64,000 nt of DNA. Source: an uncultured Actinomycetes bacterium. GTDB lineage: Bacteria > Actinomycetota > Thermoleophilia > Gaiellales > Gaiellaceae. The notes under the pieces are model-generated. The model searched no databases, was not told where the DNA came from, and was given only the letters and a program-made list of their open reading frames with translations. The stretch is taken from assembly GCA_963717765.1 (NCBI GenBank), contig CAVQWX010000006.1, forward strand, positions 16,379-80,378, written 5' to 3'. Below are positions 1 to 9,417 of this stretch, piece after piece (position 1 is the first letter of the stretch; the number at the start of each line of letters is the position of its first letter). Both the position numbers and the translations under genes were made by a program.

Positions 1-995
1 TGGACCAGCTGGTACAGGAGCACCTCGACACGATCGGGGTCGTAGCCGAGCATGCGGGCGATGGCCGCGTACCACTTGCGGGTGCCGTGGTGGTCGGCTC
101 CCAGCACGTAGATCGCGCGGTCGAATCCCCGCTCGAGCTTGTCCACCAGGTAGACGATGTCGGCCGCCCGGTACGTCGGCGTCCCGCCGCGCTCAGGGGA
201 ACGGATGATCACGCGGTCGTCCTCGTCGCCGTACGCGGACGACCGAAGCCAAAGCGCCCCGTCCTTCTCGTAGGTATCGAGCCTCGGCAGGAACTCGGCG
301 ATGCGCTGCTCCAGCTCGCTCTGCAGCGCCCAGGTGTCGAAGTGGACGCGGAAACGCTCGAGCGTGGCCTCGATCTGGGCGAGCATGGGCGGAACGGGGT
401 CGCCGTCCAGCTGGGCCAGCGCGTTCATGTACTCGCCCCGATAGCCGTCCTCCGGCGGCTCCTCGCCACGACGGATCGCGTCGACGGATGCGCGGAACTT
501 CTCCATCTGCGCTCCGGCGTCGTTGTAGTAGTACTCGCGCTCGACGTCGTGCCCGGCGAGCTCGAGCAGGCGCGCCACCGAATCGCCGATCGCGCCGTTG
601 CGAGCCGAAGCGACCGTGACCGGGCCCGTCGGGTTCGCCGAGATCATCTCGACCTGGACTCGCTGCTGCACCGGCGGGCGAGCGGCTCCGAAGCTCGCGC
701 CTGCGCCGAGCATCTCGCCGAGCGCCTCGCCGTACCACTCATGCGTCAGCCAGAGATTGACGAAGCCGGGGCCGGCGACCTCGGCGCGCGCTACCTCGGG
801 AACCTCGGCCGCGCGCGCCGCAAGTTCCTCCGCGATCTTCCGCGGCGGCCGCTTCCGTTCTCCGGCAAGTCGCAGCGCGACGTTGGTTGCGTACTCGCCG
901 TGGGCGGGGTCGGACGGCCGGTCGAGCTCGACCTCGGTGCCCGCGAGCTCTCCCACCGCCCGCGCCAGGCGCTCGAGCGCTCTAGGAGGAGACAC
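1..995 (-). CDS. argS: arginine--tRNA ligase, N-terminal ~331 codons (3' end lies beyond window start)
   Basis: Absent from the ORF track because it runs off the window and starts at GTG 995. My minus-strand translation reads VSPPRALERLARAVGELAGTEVELDRPSDPAHGEYATNVALRLA...ISANPTGPVTVASARNGAIGD...RAIYVLGADHHGTRKWYAAIARMLGYDPDRVEVLLYQLV. The ANPTGP (HIGH-region) and GADHHG blocks are typical of ArgS. The plus-strand ORF 87..1061 is its antisense shadow. Confidence 0.85.
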   Translation of the reverse strand, partial: MSPPRALERLARAVGELAGTEVELDRPSDPAHGEYATNVALRLAGERKRPPRKIAEELAARAAEVPEVARAEVAGPGFVNLWLTHEWYGEALGEMLGAGASFGAARPPVQQRVQVEMISANPTGPVTVASARNGAIGDSVARLLELAGHDVEREYYYNDAGAQMEKFRASVDAIRRGEEPPEDGYRGEYMNALAQLDGDPVPPMLAQIEATLERFRVHFDTWALQSELEQRIAEFLPRLDTYEKDGALWLRSSAYGDEDDRVIIRSPERGGTPTYRAADIVYLVDKLERGFDRAIYVLGADHHGTRKWYAAIARMLGYDPDRVEVLLYQLV

Positions 996-2001
996 GCGCT
1001 CCGGCCGGGGCGAAGAGATCCTCGAGAGCGCGGATGTCGTCGCTCGAGCCGACGCCGATGATCACGTCTCCCGCGTCGAAGGCGGTGTCCGCCGAAGGGC
1101 GAGTGTGGTAGGCACCGCCTTTCTTGGCCACGGCGACGATCGATGCGCCGGTGTGGGCGCGGACGTGCAGGTCGCGGATGGATTTCCCGATTGCCTGGCA
1201 GCCGGCCGGAACCTCGATCTGCTCGACGCGCAGGTCCGGGCCGTCCTGCCTGGTCACGACGTTGAGGAAGGACGCGACCTGCGGCTTCAGCACGAGGTTC
1301 GCCATCACCCGCCCGGCGGTTGAATAGGGCATGACCACCCGGTCGGCGCCGGCCAGGCGCAGCTTCCGCTCGGCGTCCTCGTCGGAGGCCCGGGCGACGA
1401 TCAGCAGGTCGGGCCGGGCATTCCTGGCGGAAAGCGTGACGTAGAGGTTGTTCGCGTCTGAGTCGAGTGCCGCGACCAGGGCCTTGGCGCGGTCGAGGCC
1501 GGCGGCGCGGAGATCCTCATCCTCGATGGCATCGCCCTCGAGCGCGAGCGCGCCGTCCTCCCGAGCCGCCTCGACCTCCTCGGGATCCTTGTCCACGACG
1601 ATGTAGTCGGCCCGTGCGCGCTGGAACTCCTCCGCGATCCGCTGCCCCACGCGGCCGTAGCCGCAGATGATCGTGTGCTCGCGCAGCCGGTCGATCATCT
1701 TCCGCCTCCTTCGGTCCGCACCCGAGAACACTCCGCGAGCGATGGCCTCGACGACCGCCGCCCCGACAAAGGCAAAGATAGTCACGCCGCACAAGATCAG
1801 CGCGACGGACAACACCCGCCCACCGGTGCTGTCGGGTACCGAGTCGATCCCCGCGAGCGAAGTGGTGACGACCGCCCGGTAGAACGAGTTGACCCAGCTC
1901 TCGTCCAGGATCTGGTGGAAGCCGACCATGCCCGCCGCCAGCACGACGACCGCCGCGATTACGCCGTAGGCGATCCGTCGCGCGGGGAAGCTCTGCTCCA
2001 C
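982..2001 (-). CDS. potassium channel protein with RCK/TrkA-N and TrkA-C domains
   Basis: N-terminal TM helices and a pore-like segment, then a Rossmann motif (TIICGYGRVGQRIAEEF) and a C-terminal TrkA-C-like region. The stop overlaps the argS GTG start. Confidence 0.75.
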   Translation of the reverse strand: MEQSFPARRIAYGVIAAVVVLAAGMVGFHQILDESWVNSFYRAVVTTSLAGIDSVPDSTGGRVLSVALILCGVTIFAFVGAAVVEAIARGVFSGADRRRRKMIDRLREHTIICGYGRVGQRIAEEFQRARADYIVVDKDPEEVEAAREDGALALEGDAIEDEDLRAAGLDRAKALVAALDSDANNLYVTLSARNARPDLLIVARASDEDAERKLRLAGADRVVMPYSTAGRVMANLVLKPQVASFLNVVTRQDGPDLRVEQIEVPAGCQAIGKSIRDLHVRAHTGASIVAVAKKGGAYHTRPSADTAFDAGDVIIGVGSSDDIRALEDLFAPAGARVSS

Positions 2002-2021
2002 CGTCGTAGTATCGTAGGAGC

Positions 2022-2315
2022 GTGGAAGACGAGGCTCAGGCCCGAAATCTCAACATCCATATGGACCCCGAGCACCTCGGCGGCGTCTACTCGAACTTCG
2101 CGAACATCAGCTTCTCGCCGTACGAGTTCACGATCACGTTCGCCCGCATCGACCATGAGGTCGAGGAGGGAGACGTGCCGGGCGTCGTGGTCGCGCGCGT
2201 GAACATGTCCACGCGGTTCATGAAAGAGCTGCTGGACGCGATGCAGGACTCCTGGTCGAAGTTCCAGACGACCGAGGGCATCCGCAACCTGCCCGAAGCG
2301 CCCCCGCGCGATTAG
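2022..2315 (+). CDS. DUF3467-like small protein
   Basis: GGVYSNFANISFSPYEFTITFARID resembles the DUF3467 core (YAN...HSPYEF.LDF). Confidence 0.6.
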   Translation: MEDEAQARNLNIHMDPEHLGGVYSNFANISFSPYEFTITFARIDHEVEEGDVPGVVVARVNMSTRFMKELLDAMQDSWSKFQTTEGIRNLPEAPPRD

Positions 2316-2338
2316 TTCCTTTAAGGTGCCTCGCAGGG

Positions 2339-3073
2339 ATGCGAGTCGCCGTCATTTCCGACATCCACGGGAACCTCGCAGCGCTCGAGGCGACGCTCGC
2401 CGCGCTGGAGGACGAGCGGCCGGATGCGATCTGGTGCCTGGGCGACCTGGTCGGCTACGGGCCGCGGCCCAACGAGTGCTGCGCGCGCGTGGCCGAGATC
2501 GCCGACGTCTGCCTGATCGGCAACCACGACCTGGGCGTGCTCGAAGAGATCGCGCTGGACGAGTTCTCTTTCGAGGCGGCCGCGAGCGCGCGCTGGACCC
2601 AGGGGGTCCTGGACGAGCGGGCGCGAGACTACCTCGCGGGCCTCTCACCGGCAGCGGAGATCCCCGAGGTGGGGGCCGAGCTCTATCACGCGAGCCCGCG
2701 CGATCCGGTGTGGGAGTACGTCCTCGACGCGGGGTCGATGATGGCCGCGCTCCAAGACACCGTTCAGCCCGTCATCCTGGTCGGGCACAGCCATGTTCCG
2801 CTCACCGCCACCATCCAGGAGGGCCAGCTCAACGCCGCCCACGCGCCCCAGGGAACGGAGTCCTCACTGGCGGAGCGCCGCGTCCTCATGAATCCCGGCT
2901 CGGTGGGCCAGCCGCGCGACGGCGACCCGCGCGCCGCATTCATCCTCCTCGACCTGGGCGAGCAGGTCGCCCGGTTCCACCGCGTCGAGTACGACGTCGA
3001 GCGGACGCAGAAGGAGATCAGAGAGGAAGGGTTGCCGGAGCCGCTGGCCGAACGGCTAGCGCACGGTCTCTAG
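2339..3073 (+). CDS. metallophosphoesterase family protein
   Basis: MRVAVISDIHGN ... LGDLVGYGP ... GNHD ... GHSH are calcineurin-like phosphoesterase motifs. Confidence 0.85.
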   Translation: MRVAVISDIHGNLAALEATLAALEDERPDAIWCLGDLVGYGPRPNECCARVAEIADVCLIGNHDLGVLEEIALDEFSFEAAASARWTQGVLDERARDYLAGLSPAAEIPEVGAELYHASPRDPVWEYVLDAGSMMAALQDTVQPVILVGHSHVPLTATIQEGQLNAAHAPQGTESSLAERRVLMNPGSVGQPRDGDPRAAFILLDLGEQVARFHRVEYDVERTQKEIREEGLPEPLAERLAHGL

Positions 3074-3655
3074 AGCTTCGGCCTCGTCCTGCTGCTCGTC
3101 GTCGCCGAAGGTGATGCCCTCGCGCGCCAGCGCGAGCTGGACTTCCTCGCGGGCCTTGTAGATGCGCCACTTGACCGTGGCGAGCGTGACCTCGAGCGAG
3201 TCCGAGATCTCGGTGTAGGAAAGGCCGACGACGTCGCGCAGGAGCAGCGCCATCTTGAGATCGACGTTCAGTCCCTCGACCGCGCGCCAGACGGCATCAA
3301 TCGCCTCGAGCCGCTCGAACGGCGCATCGACCACTTCCAGCGGCGGGATGTCGTCGATCGTCACGACCGCACGCGGCCTGCGCTCGTTGGCGCGGAGCTC
3401 GTCCAGCACGCGATTCTTCGTCACCTGGAACAGCCAGGTGGTGAACCGGCAGCGAAGCGAGAACTTCGGAAGGCCCTGGTAGACGCGGAGGAAGACCTCT
3501 TGGGTCAGGTCCTCGGCGAGCGACCGGTCGCCGACGAGCCGCAGCACGTAGTTGAACACAGGAGTCTCGTAGGCACGAACGATGAGAGAGAAGGCTCTTT
3601 CATCGCCCCGTTGTGCCTTCCGCAGTACACCGGGGTCGGGTTGCGTGAGCGACAA
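3056..3655 (-). CDS. ECF-type RNA polymerase sigma-70 family factor
   Basis: Region 2 (VFNYVLRLVGDRSLAEDLTQEVFLRVYQ) and region 4 HTH (LSYTEISDSLEVTLATVKWRIYKAREE). No adjacent anti-sigma gene is visible. Confidence 0.85.
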   Translation of the reverse strand: MSLTQPDPGVLRKAQRGDERAFSLIVRAYETPVFNYVLRLVGDRSLAEDLTQEVFLRVYQGLPKFSLRCRFTTWLFQVTKNRVLDELRANERRPRAVVTIDDIPPLEVVDAPFERLEAIDAVWRAVEGLNVDLKMALLLRDVVGLSYTEISDSLEVTLATVKWRIYKAREEVQLALAREGITFGDDEQQDEAEALETVR

Positions 3656-3730
3656 GATGCACGAGTATAACGAGGGCGGAGGAGAAACGGATTCGGATTT
3701 CGGTATGAAGACGGTCGGTTGAAGGAATCC

Positions 3731-5212
3731 TTACCCCTTGACGAGACTCCGGCCTGTCATCTCGGGAGGTTGCTCGATTTCGAGTAGGTCGAGGACTGTC
3801 GGAATGAGGTCGGACAGCTCTCCGCCGCTTGGTAGAGCCACATCCGCGGAGGTGAGGATCAGCGGGACCGGGTTCGTCGTGTGCGCGGTGTGGGGGCTTT
3901 CACCATCTTCCGCGAGCATTTGCTCCGCATTTCCGTGGTCAGCTGTAATGAGCGAAACCCCGCCCGCTTTCGCGACCGCTTCAACGACCTCTTCCATGCA
4001 CCGGTCCGCCGTCTCGACCGCGCGGAGGACGGCCGGAATCACCCCGGTGTGCCCGACCATGTCCGGGTTGGCGAAGTTGACGACGCCGAATCCGTAGCCG
4101 TTTCCGATTTCCCCGGCAAACCGGGCGGCGACCTCAGCGGCGGACATTTCCGGCTTCTCGTCGTAGGTGCCGACGTCGCGCGGCGAGGGGATCAGGATCC
4201 TGGTCTCGCCGGCCCACTCGTCCTCCCGGCCACCGTTGAAGAAGTACGTCACGTGGGCGTACTTCTCGGTCTCGGCGACGTGCAGCTGCCGGATGCCGTG
4301 CCGCGCCAGCACCTCGGCGATCGTCTCGTGCACGTCCTGCTCGGCGAATGCCGCCGGGCAGTCGAGGTCGTCTCGGTAGCGGGTCATGGTCGTGAGGTCG
4401 AAGCCGCCCTCGAGCAGGAGCTGGGAGAGCTCTCTGGCCCGGTCGGGGCGGAAGTTGAAGAAGATCGCAGCGTCCTCCTGCGTGAGACGCGGACGGCCCT
4501 CGATGACGGTCGGCTCGATGAACTCGTCCGTCACGCCTTCGTCATAGCTTCGTTGCACTACCGCAACAGGTTCGGCCCCCCGGGGGGATGATGCCGGCGG
4601 ATTCGTGACGGCTTCGTATGCGCTTTGTATCCGTTCCCAGCGCTGGTCGCGATCCATCGCGTAGTAGCGTCCCGCCACGGTCGCGATCTTCTCCTGCGGG
4701 AGCTCGGCCAGGTCGTGCACGGACGAATGGGGCGAGACGTCACGTCCGTCGGTGAAGGCGTGAATCCACGTTCGCTTTTCCATTCCCTCCCGGCGCGCCA
4801 GCTCGAGGAGCGCGCGGAGATGGTCGATGTGCGAGTGGACGCCGCCGTACGAGACGAGACCGAGCAGATGCACCTCCGTCCCCCGCTCGCGCGCGCGCCG
4901 GAACGCGCCGACGAGCGCCTCGTTCTCGAAGAAGTCGCCGGTCTCGATCGAGCGGTTGATCCGCTGGAGGTCCTGGAAGAGGACGCGCCCGGAGCCGATC
5001 GTCAGATGGCCGACCTCCGAGTTCCCCATCTGGCCTTCGGGGAGGCCGACCGCAGCGCCGGATGCCTCCAGCGTCGTGTGCGGATACCGGGCCCACAGCC
5101 GGTCGAACACCGGCGTCTCCGCCAGCTCGACCGCGTTCTCAGGCCCAGGCGGAGCGCAGCCCCACCCGTCGAGGATGACGAGCGCTACGAGCGGGAAGCC
5201 GCCAGCTCGCAA
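3731..5212 (-). CDS. gpmI: 2,3-bisphosphoglycerate-independent phosphoglycerate mutase
   Basis: LVILDGWG, GNSEVGHLTIGSGR and ITADHGNAE motifs. Last gene of the gap-pgk-tpiA-gpmI operon. Confidence 0.93.
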   Translation of the reverse strand: MRAGGFPLVALVILDGWGCAPPGPENAVELAETPVFDRLWARYPHTTLEASGAAVGLPEGQMGNSEVGHLTIGSGRVLFQDLQRINRSIETGDFFENEALVGAFRRARERGTEVHLLGLVSYGGVHSHIDHLRALLELARREGMEKRTWIHAFTDGRDVSPHSSVHDLAELPQEKIATVAGRYYAMDRDQRWERIQSAYEAVTNPPASSPRGAEPVAVVQRSYDEGVTDEFIEPTVIEGRPRLTQEDAAIFFNFRPDRARELSQLLLEGGFDLTTMTRYRDDLDCPAAFAEQDVHETIAEVLARHGIRQLHVAETEKYAHVTYFFNGGREDEWAGETRILIPSPRDVGTYDEKPEMSAAEVAARFAGEIGNGYGFGVVNFANPDMVGHTGVIPAVLRAVETADRCMEEVVEAVAKAGGVSLITADHGNAEQMLAEDGESPHTAHTTNPVPLILTSADVALPSGGELSDLIPTVLDLLEIEQPPEMTGRSLVKG

Positions 5213-5895
5213 ATCGACCCGAACGTGTCGAGATCGAGCGAGGCGCCGCCGACAAGCGCGCCGTCAACCCCGTCGAGGATGAGGAGGTCCTGGCAGTTAC
5301 CCGGGGTGACCGACCCTCCGTAGAGGACGGGGACGTCGAGGAGGCTCCTGATGAACTCGTGCGCCTCGCGTACCTGGTCGGGGGTGGCGGTTTTGCCGGT
5401 GCCGATCGCCCAGACCGGCTCGTACGCGATGACGAGCCTGTCGTCGTGGGACAGGACGCCGACCTGACGCCGGAGAACGTCCTGCATCTCCCCCGCCTCG
5501 CGCTCGGTCTCCGTCTCGCCGATGCAGGCGATCACGAACAACCCCGCCTCGAGCGCCCCGGCCGCCCGCAACGCCACCATTTCGTTGGTCTCGCCGAAGT
5601 GCTGGCGCCGCTCGGAGTGACCGACGATGGCAGCGTAGACGCCGAGCTCGCGCAGCATGGGCGGGGATACCTCGCCGGTGAAGGGGCCCTCGTTCGCCCA
5701 GTGGACGTTCTGCGCGCCGACCGCGATCTCGCTGTCGGCGAGCCCTGTGACCGCGGCCGCCAGAGACGTGAAGGGAGGGAAGACGGAGATGTCCACATTC
5801 CCGGCCAGCCCGTCGACACGGCGCTTGAGCGAGCTGCAGAACTCCGCCGTCTCGCTCGCGGTCTTGTTCATCTTCCAGTTTCCGGCGATCAGCAT
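5185..5895 (-). CDS. tpiA: triose-phosphate isomerase
   Basis: LIAGNWKMN, IVGHSERR, AYEPVWAIGTG and GGASL motifs. Confidence 0.95.
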   Translation of the reverse strand: MLIAGNWKMNKTASETAEFCSSLKRRVDGLAGNVDISVFPPFTSLAAAVTGLADSEIAVGAQNVHWANEGPFTGEVSPPMLRELGVYAAIVGHSERRQHFGETNEMVALRAAGALEAGLFVIACIGETETEREAGEMQDVLRRQVGVLSHDDRLVIAYEPVWAIGTGKTATPDQVREAHEFIRSLLDVPVLYGGSVTPGNCQDLLILDGVDGALVGGASLDLDTFGSICELAASRS

Positions 5896-5899
5896 GGGC

Positions 5900-6937
5900 T
5901 CAATCCTCCGGGATAACCGCCACTCCCGGCAACTCCTTTCCCTCGAGCAGCTCGAGCGCGGCGCCGCCGCCGGTCGAGGCCCAGTCGACGCTGTCGATCA
6001 GTCCCATCTCGCTGAGCGCGCGGATCGAGTCGGCGCCGCCCACGACCGTGTAGCCCGTGCAAGCCGCAACGGCCTCGGCGACAGCGTGTGTCCCTTGGGC
6101 GAACTGCGGCTGCTCGAACACACCCATCGGCCCGTTCCAGAAGACGGTCCGTGCCTCGGCTATTCGCGCGGCGAAGCGCGCACGCGTCTCGGGGCCGATG
6201 TCGAAGCCGAAGGAGCCGGGCGGAACCTGGTCGTACGGGACCAACTCGGTGTCGGTGCTGTCGATGCTCGGCGCGGCGACGACGTCGCTCGGAAGCTCGA
6301 CCGGGAACGGAAGCCTGTCGCCGTCGCGGAGCTCCTCGGCCATCTTGCCGCCGATCAGCACGGATTCGGCCTTATCCCCGAGGTTGCGGAGGACGCCGAC
6401 CTTGTCCTTCACCTTGGCCCCGCCCGAGACGAGGACGAAGGGCCGCTCGACGTCGCCGAGCAGCATCCCCAGCTCCATCAGCTCACGCTCGAGCAGGAGG
6501 CCCGCATAGGCCGGGAGCAGCCCCGCGACGCCGACGGTGGACGCGTGCGCGCGATGGACGGAGCCGAAAGCGTCCTCGACGAACACGTCGTTGTCGTCGG
6601 CAAGCTCGCGCGCGAACGCGGGATCGTTGGCTGTCTCGCCGGGGTTGAAGCGGGTGTTCTCGAGGACCGTCAGCTCGCCGTCGAACAGCTCGCGCAGGCG
6701 CGCCTCGACCGGCTGCATCGCGAACGCGGGGTCCGGGCCCTCCGGCCGGCCGAGGTGCGAGCAGACGGTGATGGCGGCGGCCCGGCGGTCGCGCAGCAGC
6801 TCCAGCGTCGGCAGCGCGGCGCGGATGCGGGTGTCGTCCGCGACGCGGCCGTCCTCGAGCGGGACGTTCAGGTCGGCGCGAACGAGGACGCGGCGGCCTT
6901 CGACGTCCGCCTCACGCACGGAGCGCGGGTGTCTCAT
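5900..6937 (-). CDS. pgk: phosphoglycerate kinase (compact form)
   Basis: VRADLNVPL, SHLGRP, DAFGSVHRAHAS, FWNGPMGVFE and STGGGA motifs. About 45 aa shorter than typical Pgk, but both termini are intact. Confidence 0.9.
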   Translation of the reverse strand: MRHPRSVREADVEGRRVLVRADLNVPLEDGRVADDTRIRAALPTLELLRDRRAAAITVCSHLGRPEGPDPAFAMQPVEARLRELFDGELTVLENTRFNPGETANDPAFARELADDNDVFVEDAFGSVHRAHASTVGVAGLLPAYAGLLLERELMELGMLLGDVERPFVLVSGGAKVKDKVGVLRNLGDKAESVLIGGKMAEELRDGDRLPFPVELPSDVVAAPSIDSTDTELVPYDQVPPGSFGFDIGPETRARFAARIAEARTVFWNGPMGVFEQPQFAQGTHAVAEAVAACTGYTVVGGADSIRALSEMGLIDSVDWASTGGGAALELLEGKELPGVAVIPED

Positions 6938-6950
6938 TCCTCTGCGAGCT

Positions 6951-7967
6951 TCACAGCAGGCGGTCGATGAGGTCGACGCACCGGCACGAGTAACCCCACT
7001 CGTTGTCGTACCAGCCGAGCGTCTTGACCATGTCGCCGTGCGCCATCGTCGAGAGGCCGTCGAGGATGCAGGAGTACGGGTTGCCGACGATGTCGGAGGA
7101 CACGATCGGATCCTCGGTGTACTGAAGGATTCCGGCCCAGTGGTCCGAGGCGGCCGCGGTGCTGAACGCCTCGTTCACCTCGGCCGCGGTCGCGGGCGTC
7201 TCCAGGACGCAGACGAGATCCGTGATGCTCCCGTCCGGGACGGGAACGCGCAGCGCCATCCCGTCCAGCTTCCCCTTCAGCTCGGGGATGACCTCGCCGA
7301 TCGCCTTGGCCGCGCCGGTCGAGGCGGGGACGATGTTGATCGCGGCCGCGCGTATGCGGCGCAGATCGACCTTCCCCTTGCGCGTCACCGCAACCTGATC
7401 CTGGAGCTGCTGCTCCGTCGTATAGGCGTGGACGGTCGTCATGAAGCCTTGCTTGATCCCGAAGCTGTCGCGCAGGATCTTCGCCATCGGCCCGACGGAG
7501 TTCGTCGTGCAGGACGCGTTCGAGATGACGTGGTGGTTCTCCTGGTCGTACGCGTCGTCGTTGACTCCGAGGACGATCGTGATGTCGGGATCGGTCGCTG
7601 GGGCGGAGATGACGACCTTCTCCGCGCCGGCCGTGAGGTGCTGGGAGGCGCCTTCGCGGTTGGTGAACAGGCCCGTCGACTCGACGACGACGTCGACCTC
7701 CATGTCCTTCCAGGGGAGCGCGGACGGGTCGCGCTCAGCGAGCACGCGGAAGGCATTGCCGTCCACGGAGATCTCACCGTCCGAGACGTCGACCTCGTTG
7801 TCCAACCGGCCGTGCGTCGAGTCGTAGCGCAGCAGGTGCGCGAGCACGTCGGGAGCGGCCAGGTCGTTGACCGCGACGATCTCGAAGCCCGGATCCTTGT
7901 CGAGGAACGCGCGGTAGAAGTTGCGCCCGATGCGGCCGAAACCGTTGATGCCGACCCGCTTAGCCAT
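6951..7967 (-). CDS. gap: type I glyceraldehyde-3-phosphate dehydrogenase
   Basis: VGINGFGRIGR, SNASCTTN and WYDNEWGYS motifs. Confidence 0.95.
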   Translation of the reverse strand: MAKRVGINGFGRIGRNFYRAFLDKDPGFEIVAVNDLAAPDVLAHLLRYDSTHGRLDNEVDVSDGEISVDGNAFRVLAERDPSALPWKDMEVDVVVESTGLFTNREGASQHLTAGAEKVVISAPATDPDITIVLGVNDDAYDQENHHVISNASCTTNSVGPMAKILRDSFGIKQGFMTTVHAYTTEQQLQDQVAVTRKGKVDLRRIRAAAINIVPASTGAAKAIGEVIPELKGKLDGMALRVPVPDGSITDLVCVLETPATAAEVNEAFSTAAASDHWAGILQYTEDPIVSSDIVGNPYSCILDGLSTMAHGDMVKTLGWYDNEWGYSCRCVDLIDRLL

Positions 7968-8040
7968 GGTCCTCCCTCGTTGTTGGCCAGTGGTTCGATT
8001 CTAAGCGCATCGCAATGTCGCCCTCGGTTGTCTGGCTCGT

Positions 8041-8155
8041 CGCTGGCGGTGCGCGGCCGGAGCGGACAGTGTTTCCAACACGGCCGCGGAGAGCCGCGTG
8101 CCGTCAGCGGCGTCGGGCGGCCGGAGGCCCGGCTCCGCCGGGCTGTAGGCAGCCG
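8041..8155. repeat. intergenic direct repeat, copy 1 (period about 166 nt)
   Basis: cgctggcggtgcgcggccggagcggacagtgtttccaacacggccgcggagagccgcgtgccgtcagcgg... recurs at 8207. The ~70-nt core is near-identical (about 4 mismatches by hand) and the flanks are more diverged. Confidence 0.8.
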
Positions 8156-8206
8156 GCGCGCCAGCTACCTTCTCCGCGGACGGCGCTCCTCGCGCGTCTG
8201 GGGCGC

Positions 8207-8321
8207 CGCTGGCCGTGCGCGGCCGGAGCGGACAGTGTTACTAACACGGCCGCGGAGAGCCGCGTGCGGTCAGCGGTGCCAGCGGCCCCGGAGGCCGGCT
8301 CCGCCGGCCGCAGGGCCGCGG
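8207..8321. repeat. intergenic direct repeat, copy 2
   Basis: cgctggccgtgcgcggccggagcggacagtgttactaacacggccgcggagagccgcgtgcggtcagcgg... Lies between the gap start (7967) and the whiA stop (8497). Confidence 0.8.
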
Positions 8322-8496
8322 CCAGAGGCGCGAGGGAGGCGGGTGGGAGGGGTGGCTCCGAGGTCGACCCCCCCTCCGCTTTTGCCACGCTCAGGACCGT
8401 GACGACGAATGGGGTCTGTATCCGCCGCCGGAGGAGCACGGACCCGCCTTAGCGGCCAGTATGACGATTGAACCCCTGGAAAGCCAGGAAAATTCT

Positions 8497-9417
8497 TCAG
8501 GAATTCGCGAGATCCACGAGCTTTCTGAGTCGGCGGTGCACTGCAGCCTTGCTCGTGGGCAGGTCGCACTCGAGCGCGAGCTCGCGCAGTGAGAGCGACG
8601 GGTGGCGCACGCGCAGCTCCGCGATCTCCTGGAGCGGCCGGGACAGCCGCTCCAGCCGTCCTCCCCGCTCGAGCGCCCGGACGGCTGTGATCTGCTCGTG
8701 CGCCGCGCGGCTCGTGCGGACCAGGTTGGCGTGGTCGGCGTTGGCAAGCCGGTTCGCGCGCGATTTCGTGTCCGCCACCACTGCCTGCTCCTCGAAGACG
8801 AGCGCGAGGTCGTTCGCGCCCGCCAGGGCGAGCGCGCCTGCGATCGCATCCGCCCCCTTCACGTAGGCGGCCACATGGCGGCCGCGGTCGATGAGGGCGA
8901 GCTCCACGTCCTCGCGCGCGACCGTGTCCGTGAGGAACTCGGCGCCGTCGGCGGAAGCAAAGCGGATCTCCAGGTGCGGCGACCGCGGCCCACTCAGAGA
9001 CCCCGAGCCGAGCATCGCTCCGCGGAGGTACGCCCCACGGCAGCAGCTCCGGGCGACGACACGCGCGGGCGGCCGCTCCAGCGGAGCGAGCCGCGACGAG
9101 AGAACACCGGCCTCGTACAGCACCTGGAGCGCATGATCCACTCCGGGAACGTGCAGCTGGTAGCGCGTCGGCCTGTCGAAGGCGTGCTGCGTATACGTGC
9201 GGATCTCGCTCTCGATCTCGAAGCGGCGGAGCAGGCTGAAGCCGCGCCGCGCGACGGCCGAGCTGACGAGGTCGAAATGGACGGAGACGCGCCGGCCGCC
9301 CAGCAAGTGGACGGTGCCGGCCGTGTGGGCGAGTCCCGAGAGCTCCGCGAGGACATCGCACTCGCGGCGCGGTGTGATGGCGGCCAGCTCGTTGCGGAGA
9401 TCCTCAGACAGGGACAT
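8497..9417 (-). CDS. whiA: DNA-binding protein WhiA
   Basis: MSLSEDLRNELAAI... is a typical WhiA N-terminus, with a C-terminal HTH (SLRELALECDLPTSKAAVHRRLRKL). I place the start at internal ATG 9417, not track start 9501, because it matches the family N-terminus and gives a short overlap with ogt. Confidence 0.85.
   Translation of the reverse strand: MSLSEDLRNELAAITPRRECDVLAELSGLAHTAGTVHLLGGRRVSVHFDLVSSAVARRGFSLLRRFEIESEIRTYTQHAFDRPTRYQLHVPGVDHALQVLYEAGVLSSRLAPLERPPARVVARSCCRGAYLRGAMLGSGSLSGPRSPHLEIRFASADGAEFLTDTVAREDVELALIDRGRHVAAYVKGADAIAGALALAGANDLALVFEEQAVVADTKSRANRLANADHANLVRTSRAAHEQITAVRALERGGRLERLSRPLQEIAELRVRHPSLSLRELALECDLPTSKAAVHRRLRKLVDLANS

Noticed and set aside
87-1061. 324-aa plus-strand ORF at the window start
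   Set aside because: It is Arg/Ala/Gly-rich with no motifs. It lies exactly antisense to a frame that translates into a clear ArgS N-terminal half, so it is a high-GC shadow ORF.
5900-6937. pgk as a truncated gene or pseudogene, because it encodes only 345 aa
   Set aside because: Both the N-terminal (RADLNVPL, SHLGRP) and C-terminal (WNGPMGVFE, STGGGA) signatures are in frame and uninterrupted. The shortening appears to be an internal compact linker region.
8041-8321. Possible CRISPR array (also considered for the GC-rich CCN/GGN tracts at 24823..24858 and 44640..44729)
   Set aside because: There are only two repeat copies, about 115 nt long, and no cas genes. The other tracts are in-frame polyproline codons inside well-supported genes.
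5657-8402. Long plus-strand ORFs 5657..6970 (437 aa) and 6537..8402 (621 aa)
   Set aside because: They are antisense to the unmistakable tpiA, pgk and gap genes. Their low-complexity Arg/Ala/Pro-rich translations are typical shadow ORFs.
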